Origin: a virus
Length of the DNA stretch: 64,000 nucleotides
Virus record (IMG/VR): IMGVR_UViG_3300015371_000017
Location: 1 to 64,000 of that record
Direction: 5' to 3' (one strand)
Shown: one piece after another, positions 1-8,735 of the stretch
Position numbering within the stretch: the stretch's first letter is position 1
Layout: every line of letters begins with the position of its first letter
Made by a program: the position numbers and the translations under genes
The notes under the pieces: generated by a model
Database searches by the model: none
Told to the model about the DNA's origin: nothing
The model's input: the letters and a program-made list of their open reading frames with translations, nothing else

Positions 1-447
1 GTGGGCCGTCCTGATTTTCACGGTCACGGAATGGATTGGGCGCGTACCGTTGCAAAGAAACATCCAAAGTACGTTTACGGTCGCCGCCAAGGGCTTCTGA
101 TGCACGAGATCGCCACAATGAAATTGCAGTGGTGGCAACTTGGCGACAGCGGCAGTTATTGGAGGCGGCGAAAGTCGCCACGAATCACTTACTCTACAAA
201 GTGCGGAATGTTTTTCTTCGGCCCCGATCCTGAAAGTGAGTACCGCCGCGATAAACCATCAAAGGCAGTCGCTTGTGAGTTGCCACGTCCGAATGCTGTT
301 CTTTGTGGTCGTTGTCGCGGCCAAGGCCCAGTATTCGCCAAAGGCACACAACCCAAACCGAACGGCCCGACAAGATACGAGGCAAGGGAAAGACTTGGCT
401 GCGTTGTTAACGGAGTAGAGCTACCACCTGAAGCCACAGGAACTTAA
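1..447 (+). CDS. hypothetical protein (start may lie at or before the window edge)
   Basis: 148-aa ORF with a CGRC motif; same strand as the replication genes. Confidence 0.5.
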   Translation: MGRPDFHGHGMDWARTVAKKHPKYVYGRRQGLLMHEIATMKLQWWQLGDSGSYWRRRKSPRITYSTKCGMFFFGPDPESEYRRDKPSKAVACELPRPNAVLCGRCRGQGPVFAKGTQPKPNGPTRYEARERLGCVVNGVELPPEATGT

Positions 448-533
448 CGAGGCTCGCTACCTCAACGGAGAGGAACACAATTCAGGGATCGAAGCCACGG
501 GCAACGAGCGTTGACTAACCACGTCCAGAGTTT

Positions 534-716
534 GTGAGTCGCTTACGCGATCAAGTTGAAATGACTGCTGTTTGTTCATCTTGTCATCGTAAAGTTGAAC
601 GAGTTAAGACGCTCAAAGGCAAAGCTCCATGCTGCGGAACTTACAATGCATTAGTCAGAATTCCGGTCACTAAAAAGTCGTTGACGAAAAAGCGATCTAG
701 CGTTATTGTTGTTTGA
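534..716 (+). CDS. small Zn-ribbon protein
   Basis: CSSC...PCCG; basic C-terminus. Confidence 0.45.
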   Translation: MSRLRDQVEMTAVCSSCHRKVERVKTLKGKAPCCGTYNALVRIPVTKKSLTKKRSSVIVV

Positions 717-739
717 CAATTTGATCTTTAGAGTTGCGC

Positions 740-768
740 TAGACAGCGCCCGTGGCAGCGGTTATACT
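740..768 (+). promoter_or_regulatory. sigma70-like promoter upstream of the replication gene
   Basis: TAGACA(740-745)-17 bp-TATACT(763-768). Confidence 0.6.
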
Positions 769-780
769 TTGATGACATTA

Positions 781-880
781 AGAGCCTTCAGTTATGAGGG
801 CGCTTTGGACGCTATCTCGTAGTCATCCGAGAGAAACTGCCAACGCGCCAAGCGTTCTCAGAACTGAGGGCTTTTTGTTT
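781..880 (+). promoter_or_regulatory. long leader stem-loop/attenuator before rep
   Basis: 781-808 pairs with 848-874; a U-tract follows directly before the TTG start. Confidence 0.55.
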
Positions 881-1683
881 TGAAACACACCATCGTTGAC
901 GAAGGCGATCCGAGGAAATACTGGTCACAGATTCCGAACCTCATTTGCGATTTAGGCTTACCCGCACAAGCTCTCGCTCTCTACTTACAAATCAAACGCG
1001 CAGCCGGAGAGTCCGGTGTTTGTTTTAAGTCAACAAGAACGCTCGCACAGGCACTAAAAGTTGGAACGGGAACTGTCGTTAGGGCGAAGGCGCTACTTGA
1101 GCAGCCACTACCGCAGATAGGCAATCGCCCGCTGATTAAAACCGTCGAGAGGACGAACCCTAAAGGCGGCAAGCCTTATCACGAAATCAGAGTAACGGAT
1201 ATCTGGCACTCCAATATGAAAACCTTCACAAGTGCCAATATGGAACTTGATAGTCAAGTGCCAGAATCGGCTAGGCAAGTGCCAAATAACGGTGCTCAAG
1301 TGCCAAAAGCAAGTGCCAATATGGAACTAAAGAAGAACACAAGAGAAGAAGAACCCGTGAAGAAAAAACCACAAGAAGAAATTAGGACGCCCGCTGGCGT
1401 CACGCTCTTCCGCGACATAACAGGGTTCTATCCGAAAAAAGAACTGTTCGCATTGGTTAACGCAGCGTTTGGGGCAGCGCCAGATGAGATTTTTGCGCGG
1501 GAGTGTTATCGCGAGTGGAGCGAGAGAGGTTACAACCCGCGCTCGCTCAAGTGGCTGACCGACTGGTTTGCACACCATGCTCTGCCACCGTCTCGAAACG
1601 GGAACGGGAAAGGACACAGTAAGGCTGAGGGGTTAGATGCAGTGCGTGAGGTTTTAGCAGAGATTCGCGAGGGCAGAGCGTGA
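880..1683 (+). CDS. phage replication initiator (lambda O-like, N-terminal winged HTH)
   Basis: WSQIPN...LYLQIKR...CFKSTRTLAQALKVGTGTVVRA HTH; internal iterons; followed by a loader-like gene. Confidence 0.75.
   Translation: MKHTIVDEGDPRKYWSQIPNLICDLGLPAQALALYLQIKRAAGESGVCFKSTRTLAQALKVGTGTVVRAKALLEQPLPQIGNRPLIKTVERTNPKGGKPYHEIRVTDIWHSNMKTFTSANMELDSQVPESARQVPNNGAQVPKASANMELKKNTREEEPVKKKPQEEIRTPAGVTLFRDITGFYPKKELFALVNAAFGAAPDEIFARECYREWSERGYNPRSLKWLTDWFAHHALPPSRNGNGKGHSKAEGLDAVREVLAEIREGRA
1229..1328 (+). repeat. replication origin iterons inside rep
   Basis: CAAGTGCCA at 1229, 1255, 1276, 1297 and 1310; first and last copies are followed by ATATGGAACT; an A-rich tract follows. Confidence 0.75.
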
Positions 1684-2192
1684 GTGACATTGATCCTAAA
1701 ATCGTGGAGTTGATCGGAGTGTTGACCGCCGTGTTTCCTAATCACTTGAACGGCGAAGGAGTTAAGACTTATGCGCGGCTGTTGTCAGATATTCCGTTGC
1801 CGCTTTTGACTATCGCAATCGAGCAGTGTGCGAACGATTGCACGTTCTTTCCCAAGCCGGTAGAGATTCGAGATCGCGTAATGAAAATTTCACAGATAGC
1901 ACCCGCCAACGCAGGGGAAGCATGGGAAGAAGTAATGATCGCAATGAAGCGCGATGGGTTTCACAAACACCCGAAATTTGACGATCCGATTATACAGCGC
2001 GCAGTAGAAGCGATGGACTGGCAAGCCTTGTGCTCTTCGGAAAACACCATCGCTGACCGCGCACACTTTATGAAAATCTACGATCAACTAATCGAGCGCA
2101 GCAAGCAAGACGCAAAACTTTTACCGAGCGCGATAGCGATGCGAAAGGAATTAACCAGTGGCACAAAACGACTCAATGAAGCCCCTCAGTAA
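1680..2192 (+). CDS. helicase loader/inhibitor-like protein (G39P N-terminal/lambda P-like)
   Basis: Y..LL.D.P....AI..C...C.FFPKP.EIR and AWEEV motifs; GTGA-coupled to rep. Confidence 0.65.
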   Translation: MSDIDPKIVELIGVLTAVFPNHLNGEGVKTYARLLSDIPLPLLTIAIEQCANDCTFFPKPVEIRDRVMKISQIAPANAGEAWEEVMIAMKRDGFHKHPKFDDPIIQRAVEAMDWQALCSSENTIADRAHFMKIYDQLIERSKQDAKLLPSAIAMRKELTSGTKRLNEAPQ

Positions 2193-2364
2193 GATCGCCA
2201 TCGCGGAGTTGGAAAAGGCGCGGGAAGTTATCGGCACGAAAGACGAAGCACCGCACTGTCCGCGTTGTCACGATACAGGATTCGAGCAATACCGCGAAGG
2301 TGGATACGTCAACTCACGCCGCTGCGATCATGTTGTAGACGACGAGAATATGGATATGTTTTGA
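2158..2364 (+). CDS. small Zn-finger protein
   Basis: CPRCHDTG...RRCDH. Confidence 0.5.
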   Translation: MAQNDSMKPLSKIAIAELEKAREVIGTKDEAPHCPRCHDTGFEQYREGGYVNSRRCDHVVDDENMDMF

Positions 2365-2386
2365 CAGCGAATGGAGAGGGCGCAAC

Positions 2387-2683
2387 GTGAAAATAGTTAA
2401 GTGGCTCGCGGATTCTATGAGCGAACGAATCGGTTACGCCATTGTTGAGGTTGAACCGAACGAAGCCGCCACGCTGGAAGATTTTCTCGCGTTGATTGAC
2501 GGTGATAGCGTCGGGCATTACGGCGTAAAGGCTGAACTAGTTGCGACGGGTGATTTTAGCCTAAGCGCGATTAAGAAATCAAAGAACGGCGGCACGTACA
2601 TTCAGCATCAATTCGGATTCCCGCGAGCGTCAATGCTCAAACAAGAACGACGATATTACTCAGTGATGGTCAGCCGAGATTGA
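2387..2683 (+). CDS. hypothetical protein
   Basis: ORF with GGAG RBS, within the operon. Confidence 0.55.
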   Translation: MKIVKWLADSMSERIGYAIVEVEPNEAATLEDFLALIDGDSVGHYGVKAELVATGDFSLSAIKKSKNGGTYIQHQFGFPRASMLKQERRYYSVMVSRD

Positions 2684-2700
2684 GACATAGAGAGGGTGAA

Positions 2701-2919
2701 ATGAGCGAACCTAACTTTTACGGAACTGTGATGCTCGACGCGGCGCGGGAAGTAACGAAAGAGCCGAAAGATATTCCGCCGTCGCGGCTATCGAAAGGCG
2801 AACCGCGATGTAAATGTACTCACGGTCTAAATTCTCACTATCTCTGCGGCGGCGGCGATGAAACGCGCTGCCTGACAAACTGCGGATGCGCAAGATTTGA
2901 GCGCACTTGGGAAGGATGA
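2701..2919 (+). CDS. small Cys/His-rich protein
   Basis: CKCTH...H...C...CGCARF motif. Confidence 0.5.
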   Translation: MSEPNFYGTVMLDAAREVTKEPKDIPPSRLSKGEPRCKCTHGLNSHYLCGGGDETRCLTNCGCARFERTWEG

Positions 2920-3081
2920 ATATGAACGCAAAAGAAAGAAAACAAAGACGCGAGTGGCTCGCTTCTCTACCTTGCGTTGGCGGATGTCCCCATTTCGCCT
3001 TCGAGCGGAAGATGAACCGTCGCCCACTTTCGTGTTCACGTTGTCATCGTCACAAGTGCGTCCCGCGCGGACTGTAAAGCC

Positions 3082-3573
3082 ATGAGTGAACCTAAAGCAC
3101 ACGAACTGAAACATTGCCCGCACTGTAACCGCGATCTACCTCTGAGTGCTTTTGGTATCTGCCGCGCACGTCCAGATGGATTAAACCTTTACTGTCGAGA
3201 GTCGATAAACACGAAGATTGCCGCTAGTCGCAAACGGCTGAGAATGTTTCACCCTAAAGTTAAAAGGACAATCATCAAGCCCAGCTATTCAGACCGCTAC
3301 ATTGGCAAGAAATTAAAATCAGTACGCGCTAGGGACCGAGTTAAAATAGCCATCCGCTTAGGTGCGCAAACCCAGAAAGAGATCATCAGAAAAACTCGAC
3401 TGCCTCAAGATGTCGTGGGTGAGCTAATCGCAGAACTGCTAATCGACCGGAATGAAATTGGCACAAGCATAATTGACGGAGTGAGAATCTACTTTATCGC
3501 TCCACGGCGTAAGCCTATGGTCAAAGCAGAACCTAGAAGCTACGGAGTATCAACGATCTATTTTGCAGCGTAA
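3082..3573 (+). CDS. Zn-ribbon + HTH-like DNA-binding protein
   Basis: N-terminal CPHC...F......DGL..YC; C-terminal TQKEIIRKTRLPQDVVGELIAEL. Confidence 0.55.
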   Translation: MSEPKAHELKHCPHCNRDLPLSAFGICRARPDGLNLYCRESINTKIAASRKRLRMFHPKVKRTIIKPSYSDRYIGKKLKSVRARDRVKIAIRLGAQTQKEIIRKTRLPQDVVGELIAELLIDRNEIGTSIIDGVRIYFIAPRRKPMVKAEPRSYGVSTIYFAA

Positions 3574-3591
3574 GGTGTTGAGGGAGGCGAA

Positions 3592-4284
3592 GTGAAACCA
3601 TACTTTGACGACGGAAAGGGAATAGTGATTTATCACGGGGATTGTCGCGAGATCATTCCGCAGTTGATTATCGACCGAGGCGCGCCCTTCTGCGATTTGG
3701 TCCTTACCGATCCGCCTTACAACGCTGGCAAAGATTACGGCGGACATGATGATAGCCAGTCGGATTCGGATTACGAAGCATTCATTCGGCAAGTAGCAAT
3801 AGAGTGTCTGAAGTCCGCGCCTAATCAAGCGTGGGTTGCTCCGCGCTATAAGATGCGGCTATTTACCGACATCTTCCCATCCGCTCATTTGGTCGCAGTG
3901 CTACGTGGCGCAGCGGGCCCGTTTAGGCAAGGCTGGAGCGATCAATTTGAAACAGTTCTCACTATCGGTAAGCCGTCTCGTTGTGTTCCTGACGTGTGGG
4001 ATGACATTCGATTGAAAGGTGAGGGCTATTTCTTTCGAGAAGAAACCTTTGGACATCCCGGTTACACTCCACAAGGAATCATGTCTCGTTGTGCCTCATT
4101 ATTAGCCGTCGATTCACTTTGCGATCCGTTTTGTGGTACGGGTACGGCGTTGCGAGTCGCTAAGGACCAAAACAAGCGAGCGATAGGAATAGAACTGAAC
4201 GAAGCCTACTGCGAAATTGCGGCGAATCGTTTATCTCAAGAGGTTTTGCAATTTGCCCAAACACGCAACCATGACGAACTGTGA
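3592..4284 (+). CDS. orphan N6A/N4C DNA methyltransferase (beta class)
   Basis: IYHGDC, TDPPY, DPFCGTGT, AIGIE motifs. Confidence 0.9.
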   Translation: MKPYFDDGKGIVIYHGDCREIIPQLIIDRGAPFCDLVLTDPPYNAGKDYGGHDDSQSDSDYEAFIRQVAIECLKSAPNQAWVAPRYKMRLFTDIFPSAHLVAVLRGAAGPFRQGWSDQFETVLTIGKPSRCVPDVWDDIRLKGEGYFFREETFGHPGYTPQGIMSRCASLLAVDSLCDPFCGTGTALRVAKDQNKRAIGIELNEAYCEIAANRLSQEVLQFAQTRNHDEL

Positions 4285-4381
4285 TCACTGTGACAAACCA
4301 ACAGTAAGCCCTATAAACCTTTGTATCGAGTGCGGCAACATCTCAAGCTCAAGGAGGCGAAGTGAAACCATACTTCGATGA
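4271..4381 (+). CDS. 36-aa CxxC-CxxC micro-protein (not in ORF track)
   Basis: MTNCDHCDKPTVSPINLCIECG; paralog at 5552. Confidence 0.4.
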   Translation: MTNCDHCDKPTVSPINLCIECGNISSSRRRSETILR

Positions 4382-5030
4382 CGGAAAAGGGATAGTGATT
4401 TATCACGGTAATTGCCGTGAGGTTCTGCCGTCTCTGCCTAAGCCCGATCTTGTCGTCACAGACCCGCCTTACGTTGTTGGCGCAAAGGGCTGCGGCCTCG
4501 CAGGGGATCGCGCCTACTTGAAAGAGATAACCGCTCGCGACTTGGATCGTGGTTTTGACGTTAACATTCTCGCGCCCTTCCCGAACTGGTTTTGCTTCTG
4601 CGGGAAACAGCAACTGTTCGAGTTTGCGCCGTTGCTAAAGGATCGCACTTGGATGCTTCTGACGTGGAACAAGCCGAATCCGACGCCTCTCGTTAACAAT
4701 AACTACTTGCCCGATACTGAATACATCTTTCATGTTTGGGAACAAGGCCGCTTGTTTGGTGAGTATGCCGATAAGAGTCGGTTTATCGTGTGGCCTGCGG
4801 AGCAAAACAAATACAGCAACCCTAATGTGAAGCCTGCGCCTATCGTGGCAAAGTGTATTCGGCTCGGAAGTCAACGAGGCGACTTGATCATCGATCCTTA
4901 CTGCGGGAGCGGAAGCACTCTGCGCGAAGCGAAGCGATTGGGACGTCGCGCAATCGGAATCGAGAAGAACGAACGGGACTGCCAAGAGGCGGCGGAAAGT
5001 CTGTGTCAGGAGGTTCTACAATTCGCCTAA
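4362..5030 (+). CDS. orphan N6A/N4C DNA methyltransferase (beta class), paralog 2
   Basis: IYHGNC, TDPPY, WNKPN, DPYCGSGS, AIGIE motifs. Confidence 0.9.
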   Translation: MKPYFDDGKGIVIYHGNCREVLPSLPKPDLVVTDPPYVVGAKGCGLAGDRAYLKEITARDLDRGFDVNILAPFPNWFCFCGKQQLFEFAPLLKDRTWMLLTWNKPNPTPLVNNNYLPDTEYIFHVWEQGRLFGEYADKSRFIVWPAEQNKYSNPNVKPAPIVAKCIRLGSQRGDLIIDPYCGSGSTLREAKRLGRRAIGIEKNERDCQEAAESLCQEVLQFA

Positions 5031-5183
5031 TGCAAATCAAAATACAATTCTACCCTACATCCTCTGGTGAGAGATTGTTGACTTATGCGATCTATCATGG
5101 AGACGTGCTGTGCGGATACTCGCGTTGCTGGTGCAGAGCAGTGAAAGCGGCTGAATGGTTAAGTCTTACTCTGAGGTGAAAGA

Positions 5184-5537
5184 ATGTCGCAAATTCAACC
5201 TTACATGGCATGGGCGCAAGGCCAACGGTCTAATGACTATTTCCCGCGCCAACTGATTAGTTGTGATGAAGTGATCGAGATTCCGCGAGAGGTCGCAACT
5301 TGTCCGAAGTGTGACGCCACGCTTTATGCAGAGTTTGAATCGTGGGAAAAAGAGGATGACGGAACGTGGTCAACGGATGCTGCAAAACTTCAATGCGAAA
5401 CCGAACCTTGCATTAGCGATCCTGAGTTTGAGGAATGGATGCGCTGGCACTACGACATGCCTTATGTCTACTGGTTGCCGCTTGAAGTCTGGCTGACTAA
5501 ATGGATCAATCAGCGGTACTACTTCGATTGTGATTAA
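5184..5537 (+). CDS. hypothetical protein
   Basis: acidic 117-aa ORF with CPKC. Confidence 0.55.
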   Translation: MSQIQPYMAWAQGQRSNDYFPRQLISCDEVIEIPREVATCPKCDATLYAEFESWEKEDDGTWSTDAAKLQCETEPCISDPEFEEWMRWHYDMPYVYWLPLEVWLTKWINQRYYFDCD

Positions 5538-5551
5538 ACCCTCGGGCAACC

Positions 5552-5728
5552 ATGCAAAGATGTGATCACCGCGACCGCGAAACAGTAAGCCCTACGCAAC
5601 TTTGTATCGAGTGTTTACGAAAAGGCCACGTCTCAGGACACTGTGATGCTTGCCGAGTTGAGGCTTGGGAAACTGTTTTAAGATTAGAGTCGGCAGAGTC
5701 AGATGATATTGAAACGAGGGCGCAATGA
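5552..5728 (+). CDS. 58-aa Cys-rich micro-protein (not in ORF track)
   Basis: MQRCDHRDRETVSPTQLCIECL...CDAC; ATGA overlap with the next gene. Confidence 0.5.
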   Translation: MQRCDHRDRETVSPTQLCIECLRKGHVSGHCDACRVEAWETVLRLESAESDDIETRAQ

Positions 5729-5952
5729 GCACACACGTCTCACAACCCGAATACGACGATGATTATGATGAATGCGGCTGCGGCGATGAAGATTGCCCGA
5801 CTTGCGGCGGGCGTCTCTGTTGGGAATGCAACGGCGACGGGTTTGTGAGCGGCGAGGATATGAATGATCCGCTCTGGTATGACGAAGACGAATTCTACAA
5901 ATGTCCCAACTGCGGCGGGTCGGGAGACGGGAAGGATTGCACGTACTGGTAG
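5725..5952 (+). CDS. DnaJ-type CxxCxGxG Zn-finger protein
   Basis: CWECNGDG and CPNCGGSG repeats. Confidence 0.6.
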   Translation: MSTHVSQPEYDDDYDECGCGDEDCPTCGGRLCWECNGDGFVSGEDMNDPLWYDEDEFYKCPNCGGSGDGKDCTYW

Positions 5953-6567
5953 ATGAAACGCAGCACTCCATTAAAGCCGGGGAAGGGATTCAAACGGCCA
6001 TCTTTGGTCGAAGTTCGCGAGAAGCAAGCCGAGAAACGCCAAAATCGCCCTGTATCGTCGCTCAGACGCCGGACGCCTGATACTGCGTCCCGAGGGCTAA
6101 ACGCCAGCCAGGGGCTAAATGCGGCGAAATCTCGCCTATCACGGCGGACCAAGCCTCTTCGGACTAAACCGCGCAAAGGCAGAGGTAAGTTACCATCGTT
6201 CAAGTGGCTCAAGAATCGCCTCGATATCTTGACCTCACAGATCGTCCGATTGCGAGATGGTCGCTGCGTTCTCTGTGGTACTTCAGAACGATTGCAGTGC
6301 GGTCATATATTCGGCCGGCGCAGTCATGGCGCCCGATGGGACATAGAACCAGACGGCAACTGTCATGGTCAGTGCTCAGGATGCAATCAGCGTCATAATT
6401 ACGAGCCTCTAAGGTTCTATCGCTGGTTCATTCAGAAGTTCGGGCAAGAGAAGTTTGACGAACTCTATGCTCGCTGGCAAAAGGGCAGAAAGTTTACTCG
6501 ATTGGAATTAGTGAACTTGGTTGCAGAATATGAATCGAGATTGGTAGCGATGAACAATGGAGCATAG
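5953..6567 (+). CDS. NinG/Rap-like recombination endonuclease
   Basis: IVRLRDGRCVLCG...LQCGHIFGR...RWD...NCHGQCSGCN; basic MKRSTPLK N-terminus. Confidence 0.8.
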   Translation: MKRSTPLKPGKGFKRPSLVEVREKQAEKRQNRPVSSLRRRTPDTASRGLNASQGLNAAKSRLSRRTKPLRTKPRKGRGKLPSFKWLKNRLDILTSQIVRLRDGRCVLCGTSERLQCGHIFGRRSHGARWDIEPDGNCHGQCSGCNQRHNYEPLRFYRWFIQKFGQEKFDELYARWQKGRKFTRLELVNLVAEYESRLVAMNNGA

Positions 6568-6778
6568 CTATTACATCATTTTCTTCTACGCCACTTTGTT
6601 TCCAAAGCGGACCGTCATTCACTTATCTGAGCCGATTGATTCTGAAAGAGGGATTGCGTTGGCAACGATGAAGATTGCCGAAGAGAAGAAGATCCCAGAC
6701 GCAGAAAATATCGTGATTCAGAACTGGAAGTTGTTATCTACCGGAGTCACCGTTGATGATACGCGATGCAGCCGGTAG
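6557..6778 (+). CDS. hypothetical protein
   Basis: last gene of the + operon. Confidence 0.5.
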   Translation: MEHSYYIIFFYATLFPKRTVIHLSEPIDSERGIALATMKIAEEKKIPDAENIVIQNWKLLSTGVTVDDTRCSR

Positions 6779-7713
6779 TTAGACATCTCCACGTGCGTCT
6801 TTCCGTCTGCGCTCCGTGCCTCAACAGGGAACTCTAAGTTATCATCGCCGCCGCCCTTTTCTACCACCTCCGCACCCGGCCTCCAAGCAACGATCCATGT
6901 GTGACTTAACCGCGCCCACCAGTCAGCGCTGACGTTCGTGCCTATCGGGAATTGCGGCACTTCGATGTTGTCACCCTTCACGTTGATTTCGATCAACTTA
7001 CCATTGTCAGCCCAAACGAAGTCCGACTCGCGCCACTTGGTTCCCTGCGTGATTCGGCGATGGAATGCATAACGTTGAACCGGATCGGTTGTGACCACTT
7101 CGGCGGACGCTAACCCGCTCGCTGTCGCTCGCGGTTCCGATGCGTCCGCTATGGCGGGTGGTTCGACAGTGTGCAACTTGCGTAATTCCGCGCCATCGCT
7201 CACGTCGGGATGATAAGTCTTGCCTTCAATCTTCCAGAACGCGATGCGTAGAGATCCAGTATCACGTTCGGCCATCACAGACTTTGGCCGATGGTTCAAT
7301 CCGAGCGCATGGCCGATGGCGTGTTCAACTACTCGTTGGAATTTGTCGCCTGAACCGGCGCGAGGATCGATGCGAATCGTTACGTTATCGATCAGAGAAT
7401 CGAACGCAAAAATCTCACAAGTTTCCAATTCGTGATCATCTTTCACAGCCGCACGGATAATGGTTACGTTCGCAGGCGCGCCTATTTCGATGATAAGATT
7501 ATCAGGAAGGAAAGGACGCCACGCTTCAATCGCTCCGTTGATGCGCTCGCGTTCCTTGTCGCTAAACCCGCGCGCCTCCACTTGAATGTGCGCGCCTGTA
7601 CGCCAGCGGGGAAGGGTTTGGGCGCGGGCGGCGGCAATCCAACCCAACACGAGTTGGATTAGCATAATTACCAGTACTAAGTCGCGAATGATTTTCTGTG
7701 TTGACGTTGTCAT
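6718..7713 (-). CDS. secreted metzincin/matrixin-fold protein lacking the canonical catalytic Glu
   Basis: GGAGG RBS, ATG at 7713, signal peptide (AAARA-Q), EHAIGHALGLNH...SVMA Met-turn. Confidence 0.7.
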   Translation of the reverse strand: MTTSTQKIIRDLVLVIMLIQLVLGWIAAARAQTLPRWRTGAHIQVEARGFSDKERERINGAIEAWRPFLPDNLIIEIGAPANVTIIRAAVKDDHELETCEIFAFDSLIDNVTIRIDPRAGSGDKFQRVVEHAIGHALGLNHRPKSVMAERDTGSLRIAFWKIEGKTYHPDVSDGAELRKLHTVEPPAIADASEPRATASGLASAEVVTTDPVQRYAFHRRITQGTKWRESDFVWADNGKLIEINVKGDNIEVPQFPIGTNVSADWWARLSHTWIVAWRPGAEVVEKGGGDDNLEFPVEARSADGKTHVEMSNYRLHRVSSTVTPVDNNFQF

Positions 7714-8348
7714 GCCAGAACCTCCTCTAGTGGCAACCCTGCCGCCAGCTTGCGTCCAATAGTTGAACGATGTCGCCCTACTCGTCGTGCCCATTCTGCA
7801 ACTACTAGAGTTTCGCCATCGAATGTAATAAACACATTCTTCCGAAGATTGTGCATTTGTTCTTTCTGCGTCACCCAACGACAGTTGGACGGTTCGTAAT
7901 TTCCGTTGTTGTCAATACGATCAATTGAATGTTTCGGACTGGGCTTTGTGCCCATGTCGGCTAAGAAGTTTTCAAACGAACTACGCCACCGCTCGCAGAT
8001 CGTAATTCCGCGCCCGCCATAGTTAGGGTATTCCTTGTGATTTGTGTTGCTACATCGCTGGATCATCGCCGCCCATGTCACATATTCGCGAGAACGCTTT
8101 CCCGGTTTGTTATGTCCGTGGGTGGTAGTTGCTTCGCGTCGGCGACATCCACAAGAGGTCGATATGCCGTGGACGAGATTAGCTGATGTCACTGCTTTCT
8201 TAGTTCCGCAGTCACATGCGCAAAGCCAACGATGTTCCCAATGAGGGAATTTAAGATGCCCAAGGTATGCTGCGTCGGCATACCCCAATACCGTCCATCG
8301 GCCAAACCGTTTTCCGACTGGCGGTGTGTTATATTCCGATCTAGCCAT
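7710..8348 (-). CDS. HNH homing endonuclease
   Basis: CACDCG, TSCGC, YGGRGITICERW, SIDRIDNNGNYEPSNCRW. Confidence 0.9.
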   Translation of the reverse strand: MARSEYNTPPVGKRFGRWTVLGYADAAYLGHLKFPHWEHRWLCACDCGTKKAVTSANLVHGISTSCGCRRREATTTHGHNKPGKRSREYVTWAAMIQRCSNTNHKEYPNYGGRGITICERWRSSFENFLADMGTKPSPKHSIDRIDNNGNYEPSNCRWVTQKEQMHNLRKNVFITFDGETLVVAEWARRVGRHRSTIGRKLAAGLPLEEVLA

Positions 8349-8446
8349 GCTGCTTTCTCCGTTCAGAAAGTGGATTTGGTTAGGATCGCTCTGAGCCGAC
8401 AACTCAGGGCGATTCGACTTAATTATACCATCCATCGGCGGAGTTT

Positions 8447-8683
8447 TTACAAGGCTTCTAAATAAACAAAACAGTTACCATGACAACATACCGTAATTTG
8501 TTCATAAACATGCCCATCAATCACCACGCAGTGATATTCCGATACGCAGTTTTCCGAGACAGTTGTGCCGCTTTGACAACCGCCGTCCACCGGAACTACA
8601 TCATCATCTGCTTTGGCAGGCAGCCCGATTACTCCGACAGCCAAAACAATCATTACAACTGAAAGTGCGAGTAGTTTTTTCAT
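8447..8683 (-). CDS. small secreted six-cysteine peptide
   Basis: AGGAG RBS, MKKLLALSVVMIVLAVGVIGLPAKA signal peptide, 6 Cys in the mature part. Confidence 0.7.
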   Translation of the reverse strand: MKKLLALSVVMIVLAVGVIGLPAKADDDVVPVDGGCQSGTTVSENCVSEYHCVVIDGHVYEQITVCCHGNCFVYLEAL

Positions 8684-8735
8684 GGCTAGTTGCTCCTTTT
8701 TACCGACTTGCGTTTGGGACGATTCATTCTCGCTT

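Noticed and set aside
3583-4421. Diversity-generating retroelement TR/VR pair
   Set aside because: The mismatches are mostly synonymous and not adenine-specific, and there is no reverse transcriptase in the window.
3592-6567. Complete restriction-modification system
   Set aside because: No cognate restriction endonuclease is recognisable; the nearby nuclease is NinG-like.
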